A stretch of 62,958 nucleotides of DNA from a virus (Duplodnaviria; Caudoviricetes): the IMG/VR virus record IMGVR_UViG_3300044648_000169, positions 1 through 62,958 of that record; one strand, given 5' to 3'. This document shows positions 36,513 to 46,518 of the stretch, one piece after another; position 1 is the first letter of the stretch, and each line of letters opens with the position of its first letter. The translations under genes were made by a program, and so were the position numbers. The notes beneath the pieces were generated by a model. The model was not told where the DNA came from. It was given only the letters and a program-made list of their open reading frames with translations, and ran no database searches.

Positions 36513-39500
36513 TCGGACACCGGCGCAAGGCGCGGTTGAACTGGCTGCTGCGGCAGCTCGGTGGCGGGGGCGGGGTCACGGGCGTGCGGCCCGTCATCAG
36601 CGGGAAAGAGATCCTCGACGAGAACGGCCAGGCCCTGACCATCCGCGGCATCAACCAGGGCACCTGGGGTGAGAACTTCGAGGTTGACGCGGACGACATC
36701 CAGGCGTTGGGTGCCAACTGCATCCGCACGGTGTTCCGCTGGTGGGGCCTGTATGGCGGCGCCGGCACCGACAGCCGCGACGATGGGGCCGCCAACTACA
36801 TCGACGCCGCCAACCTGGCGCAGCAACTGCAGGAGATTCAGTGGGCGACTGAACGCGGCATGTGGGTCATCGTCGCGTTCGATAGCAACTGCGGACAGAA
36901 CGGCCTGCAAAACGTCGACACCGAGGCCTACTGCGACCCGGGCGGCGCGTACCCCACCGAGGGGCGCAACTTCTTCAGCGACCTGACCACGCGCGAGTTC
37001 TTCAAGACGGCGTGGAAAGCGCTCGCGCTCGCCCTGGCGAGTACCCCGCGCATCCTCGCATTCGAGCTGCTGCCGGAGCCGCTGGAGGGCCGCGATTCAA
37101 CCTACGCGGACGACGTGCGCGACTTCTACCGCGACGTGATCGCCGCGATTCGCACGGTCGACACCGAGACGCCATTCCTGATCGGCTCGCGCGACGCCTA
37201 CAACATCACCCTGGCCGACGAGGCATGGCTGAGCGAGCGCACGGACGTGATCTACACCGGCAACATCCTGTCCGGGAAGATGACGGACGTGGTGGATCTG
37301 CCCGGCTACATCAAGGCCCTCACCGACATGCGCGACACGCGCAACGTGCCGGTGCTGGTGCAGCAGGTTGGCCGTGAGACGAGCGCCGACACGACGCTGA
37401 TGCACCTCAACGGCGGGCTGTCTGCCCTCAATGCCAACGGCGTGCATTGGACCTACTGGCAGTGGCACCAGAACACGACGAACCCTGACACCTACGCCCT
37501 GAACTACAAGGACGGCGTGGGTGGCTGGGTGCCAAAGACCGCCGAGATTGCGCGCGTCTCCTACTACTGCGGGCAGACCTATGCGGCGCTTGAGGCTGCT
37601 GCGCAGGCTGCTGCCACCGCCGCTGGCGGCTCGCTGTACTACGTCAAGCCCGACTTCTCTAACATCACCCAGGACTCGGCCGGCGCCACGCCGGTGACGG
37701 CGGTGGGTCAGCCGATCGGGCGCATTGCTCCGGTGGTTGGCTCAGCCGGGAACATCGCGCAAGCCACGGGGGCGGCCCGTCCTCTGCTGGGGCTGGTGAC
37801 AGCCACCGGCCGCCATGCAATGGTGTTCGACGGGTCGGACGACTACCTGCAGTTCGCCTCGATGTACTGGGCGTCTGGTGACGACACGACGGTCATCGCC
37901 TCGGGCATCCCAGCGGAGACGGCGACGAACCGGGTGTTCCTGCACTGCGGCGCGGGCACGGCCAACGCGCGGTATCCGTACCTGGGGCTGACCGCTGGCG
38001 ACGTGGGAACGGCCTCATGGCGCGGCGACGACACGACCATGCGCCAGATCGACGGCGCGCTGAACCTGAGCGACCGGCCGATCGTGCTGTCGGGCACCAA
38101 GATCGGGGCTGACAAAAAGCTGTTCACGAACGGCGTGCAAGAGGGCTCGACCAACACCGATGCGGTGGACGCCATCGCGTCACTCACCCGCATCCGCGTC
38201 GGCTCGGCCAGCACGACGACGGGCTATTTCAGCGGCCCGATCACGATGCTGTTCGTCGGCAAGACGGTGACGGACGGCCAGCGCCGGGACATCGAGCGCT
38301 TCGGCGCCTACCTGGCTGGCGCGGCTTACGCTGAGGTGGCAGCACCAGAAGCTGAAACCGTCCAGTCGCTGGGTATGTTTGGCGGCCAGTTCAAGGTCGA
38401 AGACACCGACATGGAGGTGCCGTTCCTTGACCTGATGGACCGGGCCCGCACGGTCGGCATCCTGTCCGCCGGCTACGGGAACTACGGGTTCGGGCCGCTG
38501 CGCGTGCAGAGCCTGGTCCGCTCGAGCAACGTGGTCACCGTCACGCTCGCGGATGCGCCTGGCCACGCGGCCGGCAGTTTCACGGCGATCACGGGTCAAC
38601 CCTTGACCCTGCACTGCATCACCGATCCCACGTTTGATGCGGAGGGCGTGCAGGTCACGGTGGCCAGTCAGACCAGCTTCACGTACCCCAACACCGGTTC
38701 TGATGGCGCAGCCAACATTGGCGGCCCCAGTGATGTCGCTGCCGCGCTGCTGGCGCGCGTGCAGCTCGGCGCAAGCGGGCACCCGATCGAAGACCACCGG
38801 GTCATCCTCACCAACCCGCAGGGCGGCACCACGCCGGACATCGCAGGCACGTACACGGTCACGTTCACCGGCACGCCGCCGGGCAGCGTGAGCTTCACCG
38901 GCTGCACGACGAGCGGCTACAGCGCAGGCGCCGCAAGCTTCAACATCACCGTCGCCGATCCGGCCATCCTGACGCTGGAAATGAACAGCGTCCCGACGAA
39001 CAACAGCTACCGCAACCCACGCATCATCCCGGTTGGCGAGGACCAGACAGGCGCCACGAAGTTGCGGCCGGACTTCGCAACCCACTGCGGCCGCGGCAAG
39101 GTCACCCGCTGGATGGACGCCTGGAAGACGAACGACAACCCGGTTCACAAGTCCTGGGCCCAGCGCCCGCTCATCAACCTTGGCACGGGCCTGCCGGCCG
39201 AGGTGGTCATTGACGCCTGCAACGAGGTGGAGCATCACTCGTGGTTCTGCCTGCCGGCGTTCGCCGCCGACGACTACGTGACGGGCCTGGCCACGCTGGC
39301 GAAAACCAGGCTTTCGGCTGCGCTCGACGCAATCTACGAGTACACGAACGAGCCGTGGAACCCCAGTTTCCAGCAGTACAACTGGCTGGCGGCAATGTCG
39401 AAGAAGGAAGTGGCTGGCATCTACCACGGCACCTACGGCTACAGCGAGATCGCGTCCCTGTCGAAGGCCGGCGGCACCGCCACGGTCGTTCTGGACCATC

Positions 39501-40792
39501 CGCTGCCAGCCGATTTCGTGACGGGCCTGCACATCGACGCCGTGATGACGGATGCCGACTTCGACGCGAGCGACGTGGCGATCACGGTCACGGGGGCGGA
39601 CACGTTCACGTACCCGGTGTCGGCCGGCACCGAGTCGGCGTCGAGCCTGAACGGTGCCATCTTTGGCAACCTGGCGAGCACGCTGCTGTCGGGTGGCATG
39701 CGCAACCTGGAGCGGATCCGCGCCCGCATGCTGGGCAAGGTGATCTACGACCAGTCGCAGCTCATCAAGACCGTCTATGACGGTGTGCTGAACGGACGCG
39801 CCAAGGTGGTGCTGATGTGGCAGTGCACGACGCATGGCTACGGTCAGGTGATCCGCGACACCCTTGAATGGCTGGTGGCCCAGTACGGGCCGCTGGCCGA
39901 CTGGTGTTACGCGATCGGCGGGGCCCCTTACCCACGGTGCAGCGGCACGACGTCAACAGACTTGGCGGATGCCTCCATCGCCGAGATGGACGACCTGTAC
40001 GCACCCTCTCTGCACTCAATCCGCTACCTGGCCAACCAGCACGGGGTCAAGGTGTGGTGCTACGAGGGCGGGGTCGACATGGTGAACGTGAACGTGGCGC
40101 GCACCGACGCAATGTTCACCTCGTCTGAGATGCGCCGCGCGCAGGAGCACTGCGTTCGCAAGGTCTTCAGTTCAGGCGCCGACCTCCTGGTGGGCTACAC
40201 GACGGGACAGCGTGAAGTCGGCAACCAGGGCAGTTTCTCCTGGGGCCTGGGCGAGTCGATCGCCGATCTGCTGCCGATCGGTACCGCCACGGCGCCGAAG
40301 GCCCAGGGCCTGGACGACGTTCTCCTGCTGCCTCCGCCAGCCATCGATGACCCCAGCCAACTGCCTGGCACCGTGCCGTTCATCGACATCGGCACGAGCG
40401 TCATGGCGTCGGACGACCAGTCAGCCGACGGCGCCGACGGCTTCAATCTCATCAACGGCATGGCCTGCTTCAAGTCGGCCGATTCGTACTGCGAAAAGAT
40501 GTTCTGGGCCGACACGGCTGGGACCAAGAACATCACCATCTACGGCAAGCACAGCGGCCAATTCGGCAGCGTCAACAACGCCGTTCGCATCTACCTGGAC
40601 GGCGTGCTGAAGGGGACGCACGCCCTGTTCGACGACAACACCGACGCCTTCACCGGCCCCGCGGGCGGCTCGGCGAGCCCGACGACGTTCGCGCTCACCG
40701 ACGTGGTTGAGGGCTGGAACGTGCTGCACCTGCGCGGCCCCGCCGGCGCGCAGCCTGACCGCATCGGTGTCAGCCGAGTCACAGCCCCCTAA
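36509..40792 (+). CDS. 1427-aa multidomain glycoside-hydrolase fibre (GH5-like + LamG-like + second clan-A barrel)
   Basis: IRGIN...LGANCIR...FELLPEP; FDGSDDYL; RWMD...YEYTNEPWN...YEGG. Confidence 0.75.
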   Translation: MIGHRRKARLNWLLRQLGGGGGVTGVRPVISGKEILDENGQALTIRGINQGTWGENFEVDADDIQALGANCIRTVFRWWGLYGGAGTDSRDDGAANYIDAANLAQQLQEIQWATERGMWVIVAFDSNCGQNGLQNVDTEAYCDPGGAYPTEGRNFFSDLTTREFFKTAWKALALALASTPRILAFELLPEPLEGRDSTYADDVRDFYRDVIAAIRTVDTETPFLIGSRDAYNITLADEAWLSERTDVIYTGNILSGKMTDVVDLPGYIKALTDMRDTRNVPVLVQQVGRETSADTTLMHLNGGLSALNANGVHWTYWQWHQNTTNPDTYALNYKDGVGGWVPKTAEIARVSYYCGQTYAALEAAAQAAATAAGGSLYYVKPDFSNITQDSAGATPVTAVGQPIGRIAPVVGSAGNIAQATGAARPLLGLVTATGRHAMVFDGSDDYLQFASMYWASGDDTTVIASGIPAETATNRVFLHCGAGTANARYPYLGLTAGDVGTASWRGDDTTMRQIDGALNLSDRPIVLSGTKIGADKKLFTNGVQEGSTNTDAVDAIASLTRIRVGSASTTTGYFSGPITMLFVGKTVTDGQRRDIERFGAYLAGAAYAEVAAPEAETVQSLGMFGGQFKVEDTDMEVPFLDLMDRARTVGILSAGYGNYGFGPLRVQSLVRSSNVVTVTLADAPGHAAGSFTAITGQPLTLHCITDPTFDAEGVQVTVASQTSFTYPNTGSDGAANIGGPSDVAAALLARVQLGASGHPIEDHRVILTNPQGGTTPDIAGTYTVTFTGTPPGSVSFTGCTTSGYSAGAASFNITVADPAILTLEMNSVPTNNSYRNPRIIPVGEDQTGATKLRPDFATHCGRGKVTRWMDAWKTNDNPVHKSWAQRPLINLGTGLPAEVVIDACNEVEHHSWFCLPAFAADDYVTGLATLAKTRLSAALDAIYEYTNEPWNPSFQQYNWLAAMSKKEVAGIYHGTYGYSEIASLSKAGGTATVVLDHPLPADFVTGLHIDAVMTDADFDASDVAITVTGADTFTYPVSAGTESASSLNGAIFGNLASTLLSGGMRNLERIRARMLGKVIYDQSQLIKTVYDGVLNGRAKVVLMWQCTTHGYGQVIRDTLEWLVAQYGPLADWCYAIGGAPYPRCSGTTSTDLADASIAEMDDLYAPSLHSIRYLANQHGVKVWCYEGGVDMVNVNVARTDAMFTSSEMRRAQEHCVRKVFSSGADLLVGYTTGQREVGNQGSFSWGLGESIADLLPIGTATAPKAQGLDDVLLLPPPAIDDPSQLPGTVPFIDIGTSVMASDDQSADGADGFNLINGMACFKSADSYCEKMFWADTAGTKNITIYGKHSGQFGSVNNAVRIYLDGVLKGTHALFDDNTDAFTGPAGGSASPTTFALTDVVEGWNVLHLRGPAGAQPDRIGVSRVTAP

Positions 40793-40813
40793 CCCACACC
40801 TCTACCGCAACCG

Positions 40814-40838
40814 AGCCCGCCACTGAGCGGGCTTTTTT
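40814..40838 (+). terminator. intrinsic terminator
   Basis: agcccgc/gcgggct stem with T6. Confidence 0.8.
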
Positions 40839-40852
40839 CATTGGGGCATCAC

Positions 40853-42481
40853 ATGCCGAGTCGAATCAGTTACCTGCAGGTCACCTTCACGCAGGACTAC
40901 GCCAATGGCCTGGAGGTGATCCCCACAGGCACGGTCTGCAGCCTCCCAGAGGACGTCGCGCGAGGGTTGGCGTCTGCGCGTTTTGCCACGATCGACGGGC
41001 CCGGCTCGGAAGACGACCGCCTGACCCGCTCGTCCAGCAGTTCGAACCCTTACGCCTTCAGCCCGTCGACCGACCCGGACACGATCGGCGCAGCGGCCAC
41101 GGGCGTGGGCACGCACACGGGCAGCCAGCCATGGGGCGCCGGCCGCGCGCTGAGCCTGGCGCCTGGCTTGTACGAGCGCACCGAGACGCTGCTGCTGTCG
41201 GTCAACCACACGCTGGAAGCGCCGTCCGGTTCGGCCTCGGCGCTGATTCGCTACACCGGCTACCCGGAAGAGGGCGCCCCGGAGCCTGGCGGCCCCAGCG
41301 GCGTCATCACCATCGCTGGCGATCGGCTGTTCAACAACAGCTTTGTCGGCCGCGGCGAGATGCGGCACCTGGAGATCGACGGCAACGCCATCGGCAACGC
41401 CCTGGCGCCGTTCGACATGACGTACCCGGTGCACGGGTTCTACGCGCCCGAGACCGAGAACGGGATCATCCAGTCGATCGACTACTGCCGGGCCAGCCGA
41501 TGCGCCGGTGACGGCTGGCACATCGTCGGGCGCGACCAGTTGATCTCGCGCCGCATGAAGGCTGGGAATAACCGCGGCTGGGGCATCTACCTCAAGGACG
41601 TTGGCGACTCCAAGTTGTGGGGCACGGGCTCCAGCGGCGGCTCGGGCGACAACCGCGGCGTGGAGTACCACTCCACCGGCGGCGCCCTGTGCGTGGACCA
41701 CTGCGCCACGTTCAGCATGTCGCAGTTCGACCTGTTCGTGGACGAGGACACCTTCGCCGGTGACTTCGTGGTCAAGCTGCTCAACCAGACGAACGCCCGC
41801 TTCATCGCCGGCGAAATGTCTGGCCGCGTGGGCATCCTCGGCCGCAACTACCAGTCTGGCGGCAACGAGTTCGAGATCAACGGCTGCACCTTCGAGAACG
41901 TGCTGTTCAAGTGGACCGGCCTCGCTCGCTCGTGGACCTTCGAGGGCACGACGGTCTCCTGCTACATCTTCATCAAGGACGCGGATGGGGTGGTGTTCAT
42001 CAACCCCAAGTTCGGCGGGCTGGACCCCGACGACGTGGACGAGATGGCATCGCGGCCGGACTACCTCTGGCAGTTCGACTCGGACACCGACGACGCGCAC
42101 CGTGGCTACGCTCGGGTCATCGGTGGCGGCGGCACGGCGCTGCGCCGCTCGCGCCTGGGTGACTCGAAGGCTCCGGCCGTCCCGTTCAAGAAGAACCTGA
42201 GCAACGCCAACCACCTGCTGGAACTCGACTTCCGCCCGGGCGAGTTGGTGGAGATGGCCTGGGACGACAGCAACCCGCCGCTGAACTTCGTCAAGGCCGC
42301 CGCCTACGGCAGCACAACCGGTGCTTCCTACAACACCGCCGACTACCCCATCGGGGCCTGCCTGGCGAACTGGCACGACCCGGCATTTGCGCTGGACACC
42401 GCCGGTGCCACTTTCACGGTGGGGATCTCCCCGCGCCCATCGCCTGCCGGCAAGGCCTTCGCCATGCAAGTTTGGCTCTAA
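40853..42481 (+). CDS. tailspike-like parallel beta-helix protein
   Basis: LAPGLY...HLEIDGN...CAGDGWHI...NRGWGIYL repeats. Confidence 0.65.
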   Translation: MPSRISYLQVTFTQDYANGLEVIPTGTVCSLPEDVARGLASARFATIDGPGSEDDRLTRSSSSSNPYAFSPSTDPDTIGAAATGVGTHTGSQPWGAGRALSLAPGLYERTETLLLSVNHTLEAPSGSASALIRYTGYPEEGAPEPGGPSGVITIAGDRLFNNSFVGRGEMRHLEIDGNAIGNALAPFDMTYPVHGFYAPETENGIIQSIDYCRASRCAGDGWHIVGRDQLISRRMKAGNNRGWGIYLKDVGDSKLWGTGSSGGSGDNRGVEYHSTGGALCVDHCATFSMSQFDLFVDEDTFAGDFVVKLLNQTNARFIAGEMSGRVGILGRNYQSGGNEFEINGCTFENVLFKWTGLARSWTFEGTTVSCYIFIKDADGVVFINPKFGGLDPDDVDEMASRPDYLWQFDSDTDDAHRGYARVIGGGGTALRRSRLGDSKAPAVPFKKNLSNANHLLELDFRPGELVEMAWDDSNPPLNFVKAAAYGSTTGASYNTADYPIGACLANWHDPAFALDTAGATFTVGISPRPSPAGKAFAMQVWL

Positions 42482-42493
42482 AGGAGAACGACC

Positions 42494-43114
42494 ATGGCTG
42501 TCCTTCAAATCATGCACGCGCGGCCCTACGGCACCTACGCCGAGATGATCGCGTACACCGGCCCCAAAGGTCGTGGCAACGAGTTCCTGGTGACCGACTA
42601 CGGGGTCGGCGCCGGGTTGATCTTCGAGTGGAACGGCTCGGCCTGGGTGCTGCCTGGGCGTATCCAGGTTGTTGCGCGCACGGCCACTCCGGTCGCAGCG
42701 TCTGGCACCTCTGAAACCTTGCTGTTCACGGCGAACTACCCGCCGCTCGGCATCAGTGATGGCGGCATGTTGCGGTTCGGGGTGAATTTCACCAACCCGG
42801 GGAACACCAACCTCAAGACTGTCACGACGAAGCTTGCCGGCACCGCAATCTGGACCCAGGGATACAACAACGCGAACCACGTCGGCCTGACCCACGACGT
42901 TCCGTTCCGCAACCGCGGGGCCACGAACTCACAGGTCAGCGGGCACAACAACGCGAACGTCTACGGCACCGGCCCGAGCCAGCTCAGCACGTCCACGATC
43001 CAGACCAACGTTGCCACTGCACTGACGCTGCACGGCACCAAGGCAGTCAGCGGCGACACGCTGGAAATGGAATTCGCTGACGCCCTGGTGTGGGGTGGAA
43101 CGGCACTGCCATGA
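42494..43114 (+). CDS. virion spike/fibre-associated protein
   Basis: AAGGAG RBS; beta-rich; WNGSAW. Confidence 0.55.
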   Translation: MAVLQIMHARPYGTYAEMIAYTGPKGRGNEFLVTDYGVGAGLIFEWNGSAWVLPGRIQVVARTATPVAASGTSETLLFTANYPPLGISDGGMLRFGVNFTNPGNTNLKTVTTKLAGTAIWTQGYNNANHVGLTHDVPFRNRGATNSQVSGHNNANVYGTGPSQLSTSTIQTNVATALTLHGTKAVSGDTLEMEFADALVWGGTALP

Positions 43115-43139
43115 CCTTTTCACTCGCCACACACACCAC

Positions 43140-43161
43140 AGCCGCCTTCGGGCGGCTTTTT
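43140..43161 (+). terminator. intrinsic terminator
   Basis: agccgcc-ttcg-ggcggct with T-tract. Confidence 0.85.
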
Positions 43162-43176
43162 CATTGAGGAACGCCG

Positions 43177-43854
43177 ATGGGAACCCTGACGGGCATGAAC
43201 ATCGCCGACCGAGCGTGGACCAAGGTCAACGAGGCGACGGGGGGTGCGGCGACGCGCTGGACCTCTGCCGAGGCGCTCATGTGGCTGAACGACGCCGAGC
43301 GCGCCATCGTGACGCTGCTGCCGCGCGCCAACACGTTGCGCGCCACGCCCAGCGCTGAATCAGGTCCGCGCCAGACGCTGGCCGGCCTGGGGCTGACCAC
43401 CGGCTTTCAGGTCACCAACGTGCTGGCGAACTACAACGCCGCCGGCACCGTCCGCGGGCGGCCGATCACCAAGACCGACCGCATCCACCTGGACGAGATG
43501 CGCCCGGGCTGGCAGGCCGAGGCGGCGAGCGAGGCCATCCATTGGCTCGATGACCCGAGCGACCCCAAGACCTTCTACCTGTGGCCGTGCACCACCGGGA
43601 AGGTCGAAGTGCTCTACGCAGCGTTGCCGGCCGCCCTGGGCGCGCTGAGCAGCACTTTCACGATCGGCGATGAGTACGCCGACGCCCTGCAGTTCTACCT
43701 GCTGGCGTCCTTCACCTCGAAGGACTCCACCTACACCAAGTCCCCGCAGCTCGCGGCCACCTACGGGCAGATGTTCATGTCCGCGCTGGGCATGCGCGGC
43801 CAGTCCATCACCGGCAATTCACAACTCGGCGATGCCCGGGCGAAAGGCGCTTGA
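43177..43854 (+). CDS. head-tail adaptor protein
   Basis: RWTSAEALMWLND...FYLWP...YADALQFY. Confidence 0.7.
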   Translation: MGTLTGMNIADRAWTKVNEATGGAATRWTSAEALMWLNDAERAIVTLLPRANTLRATPSAESGPRQTLAGLGLTTGFQVTNVLANYNAAGTVRGRPITKTDRIHLDEMRPGWQAEAASEAIHWLDDPSDPKTFYLWPCTTGKVEVLYAALPAALGALSSTFTIGDEYADALQFYLLASFTSKDSTYTKSPQLAATYGQMFMSALGMRGQSITGNSQLGDARAKGA

Positions 43855-45860
43855 CCATGTACCTCTATCGCGACGTCCTGCAAGACCGTGCCGGCAATTC
43901 GCACACCGGCAGCGTGACCGTCACCAAGGCGGGCACCACCACAGCGGCGAAGCTCTACGCCGACTACCAGGGTGCAACAGCCCTCGTGAGCAACACGGTC
44001 ACCACCAACAGCGACGGCGAGTTCTGGTTCTACCTGGGCAATGGCGCCTATGACCTGACCATCACCGTCAACGGCATCACGGAAGTCCTGGAAGACCTGG
44101 TGATCGGCGACGTGAACGTCATCGACCTGATGAAGTTTGGGGCGCGCGGCAACGGGGTTGCTGCTGACTACACCGCCATCCAGGACGCCATCGAAGAGGC
44201 TGAGAGCCGGATCGGATCCAACGCCTACAACGAGGTGGGCGTGCAACTCGTCGCCCCGCCGGGCCGCTACAACCTCGGGACCAACAAGCTGCTGATCTCG
44301 AAAGGCGGGGTGTCGATCGTCGGGCCCTTCGGCCGCGGCGCGACGTTCATCGGAACCGGCGACTTCATCGAGATCGGTGACCCGACCAACGCCTCCCGCT
44401 CGTACCACAACGGGCTGGCGAACCTCACCCTGTTCAACACCGACCCGTCGAACACGGGCGCCGGGGTCAAGCTCTACCGGTCTGTCTACGCGAAGCTGAC
44501 CGACCTGAACATCGTCAACTTCCGCGTCGGGGTCGACACCGTGCGCGCCAGCACGTCGCGCCTGAACAACCTCACCGTGCTGAACCCGAACCGGACCACC
44601 ACCGGCCTGGCGCTGCTTCGCACCCAGGGGCTGGATGAGACGGGGTTCGATGTGCCGGCGACGTACAGCCCCGGCGGCGGGTTCCACATCACCAACTTCG
44701 AGGGCGCGGGCCGGTCGGCGCTCGCGGACACCACCCACGGCTTCCTGATTCGCAGCTGCGACGGGATGTATGGCAACAACATCCACATCACAGGCTGCGA
44801 GGAAACCTTCGCCGTCAGGCCAGAGGGGAACGCCGCCAACCACGTCATCGTCGACATCAACATGACGAACGTGTATGGAGATGAGCCTTCCGATGCGGCG
44901 GCCAGTTCGAAGCTGTTCGTCCTGGGCGGCAGCGTCTCGCAGTCCATCACCCGAGATGGCGACACGGCCACCTCCCTCTACCGTGGCATTCGCATCGCCA
45001 ACGGCTTGCTGCGCGGCGCGAACGTCGCCGACTACGGCATCTACATCGGTGTGGAAGACCTGGACACCTGGTACGACAACACCGCCAGCGCCCTCCAAGA
45101 CATCAGCTTCAACGACCTGACAGTGCGCGGGTGCGCCATCCGCGGCGTCCATGGGCTCGGCGCCCAGTCTGGGGCCTACGTCGAGCCGCGCAACTTCCGG
45201 TTGAGCTGCATTTTTGAGGACAACAACTCGAGCGGCAACACCACCGGCGCCAGCGACGTGCAACTGTCGATCGGCAGCGGCAGCATCTACAACTGCGACG
45301 TTGGCCCGGCCGCCAACCAAGCCGAGTACGTGTTCCAGATCAACGTGGGCGACCTGGGCGCCACCGACCTGCCGAACGCATCGGTCAGCGTGGTCAACAA
45401 CAACCTGGCCAAGTGCGGCACGCCGTCCATCCGGCACATCACCGTCTCGCGCACCGACACCGGCGCGAAGGTGGTGGAGCGCGGAAACATCCTGCCGGGC
45501 ACGGGGCGCGAGTTCGAGCAGACGTTCGGCGTGACCACCGTTGGGGCCACGACTGCCGACATCTGGAGCTACACGATCCCGCAGGGCACCGGCGGAACCG
45601 TCACGGTCCACCTCCAGGGAACCAACGCCAGCGGCTCGAAGCACTACAGCGCGATCCACCGGGCGCAGTTCCGCCGCAATGCTGGCGCCACGTCGCTGAA
45701 GGGCGCCGCGTTCACGGTCGTTGACTCGTGGGACCCGGACACGTTCCCGACGCCGCCGACGTCAACCCTGGCCACGGATACCGTCAAGTCGACCGTCACG
45801 GGGATCGCCGCCGAGACCATCGACTGGACGGCGCGCGTGAGCATCGACTTCTCACGCTGA
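43851..45860 (+). CDS. tailspike with pectate-lyase-3-like beta-helix
   Basis: N-terminal attachment domain (TNSDGEFWFY..NGAYD); FGARGNGVAADYTAIQDAI; PPGRY. Confidence 0.8.
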   Translation: MTMYLYRDVLQDRAGNSHTGSVTVTKAGTTTAAKLYADYQGATALVSNTVTTNSDGEFWFYLGNGAYDLTITVNGITEVLEDLVIGDVNVIDLMKFGARGNGVAADYTAIQDAIEEAESRIGSNAYNEVGVQLVAPPGRYNLGTNKLLISKGGVSIVGPFGRGATFIGTGDFIEIGDPTNASRSYHNGLANLTLFNTDPSNTGAGVKLYRSVYAKLTDLNIVNFRVGVDTVRASTSRLNNLTVLNPNRTTTGLALLRTQGLDETGFDVPATYSPGGGFHITNFEGAGRSALADTTHGFLIRSCDGMYGNNIHITGCEETFAVRPEGNAANHVIVDINMTNVYGDEPSDAAASSKLFVLGGSVSQSITRDGDTATSLYRGIRIANGLLRGANVADYGIYIGVEDLDTWYDNTASALQDISFNDLTVRGCAIRGVHGLGAQSGAYVEPRNFRLSCIFEDNNSSGNTTGASDVQLSIGSGSIYNCDVGPAANQAEYVFQINVGDLGATDLPNASVSVVNNNLAKCGTPSIRHITVSRTDTGAKVVERGNILPGTGREFEQTFGVTTVGATTADIWSYTIPQGTGGTVTVHLQGTNASGSKHYSAIHRAQFRRNAGATSLKGAAFTVVDSWDPDTFPTPPTSTLATDTVKSTVTGIAAETIDWTARVSIDFSR

Positions 45861-45870
45861 AGGAACCGCC

Positions 45871-46518
45871 ATGCCGATCATCATCGATGCGGGCTCCACC
45901 GCCGCATGGGCTCTGCTGAACCAGGAAACCATCACGTTCGTGGCGGGCTGCCCGTCTTTCGTGGTGGAAACCGAAGTGAAGGCGGCGGCCCGTGAGTTCC
46001 TTCGCCGGTCCACCGCCTGGCGCGATCGCAAGGTGGACCTGCTGACCACAGTGGCCGACGAGGACGAGTACACCTACGCCCTGCCTGCGAACGCCGAACT
46101 CAACCGGGTCCATGTGGCCTGGAACGGCGCGACCGAGGTGGACGTGCAGGTGCCTGGCGAGGAAGACGACAGCGAGACGACGGACACCGACACCGAGTGG
46201 ATGATCGGCGTCCTCGAAGGCGGCCAGGGGTTCCGCCTGACGCCGGCCGCGGCCACCGCCGGCGTGGCGCTCACGGGCACGGTGTCGTATGTCACCGCCA
46301 CCAACGCCGCTGGCATCCCCCAGTGGATCTACGACGAGTGGCACTACGGCATCGCTTGCGGCGCTGCGGCGCGGCTGCTGAAGCAGGTCAGCCGGCCCTG
46401 GTCCAACCCGCAAGCCTCGGTCATGCTGCAGGAGCAGTTTGAAGTCGCCATCCGCGAGGCGTCCAACCGAGCCGGGCCGGTGACGCGCCGGCCGCTGCGC
46501 GTGAGGCCGGCCCCGTGA
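45871..46518 (+). CDS. tail adaptor protein
   Basis: AAREFLRRSTAW...IACGAAARL...PWSNP. Confidence 0.65.
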   Translation: MPIIIDAGSTAAWALLNQETITFVAGCPSFVVETEVKAAAREFLRRSTAWRDRKVDLLTTVADEDEYTYALPANAELNRVHVAWNGATEVDVQVPGEEDDSETTDTDTEWMIGVLEGGQGFRLTPAAATAGVALTGTVSYVTATNAAGIPQWIYDEWHYGIACGAAARLLKQVSRPWSNPQASVMLQEQFEVAIREASNRAGPVTRRPLRVRPAP

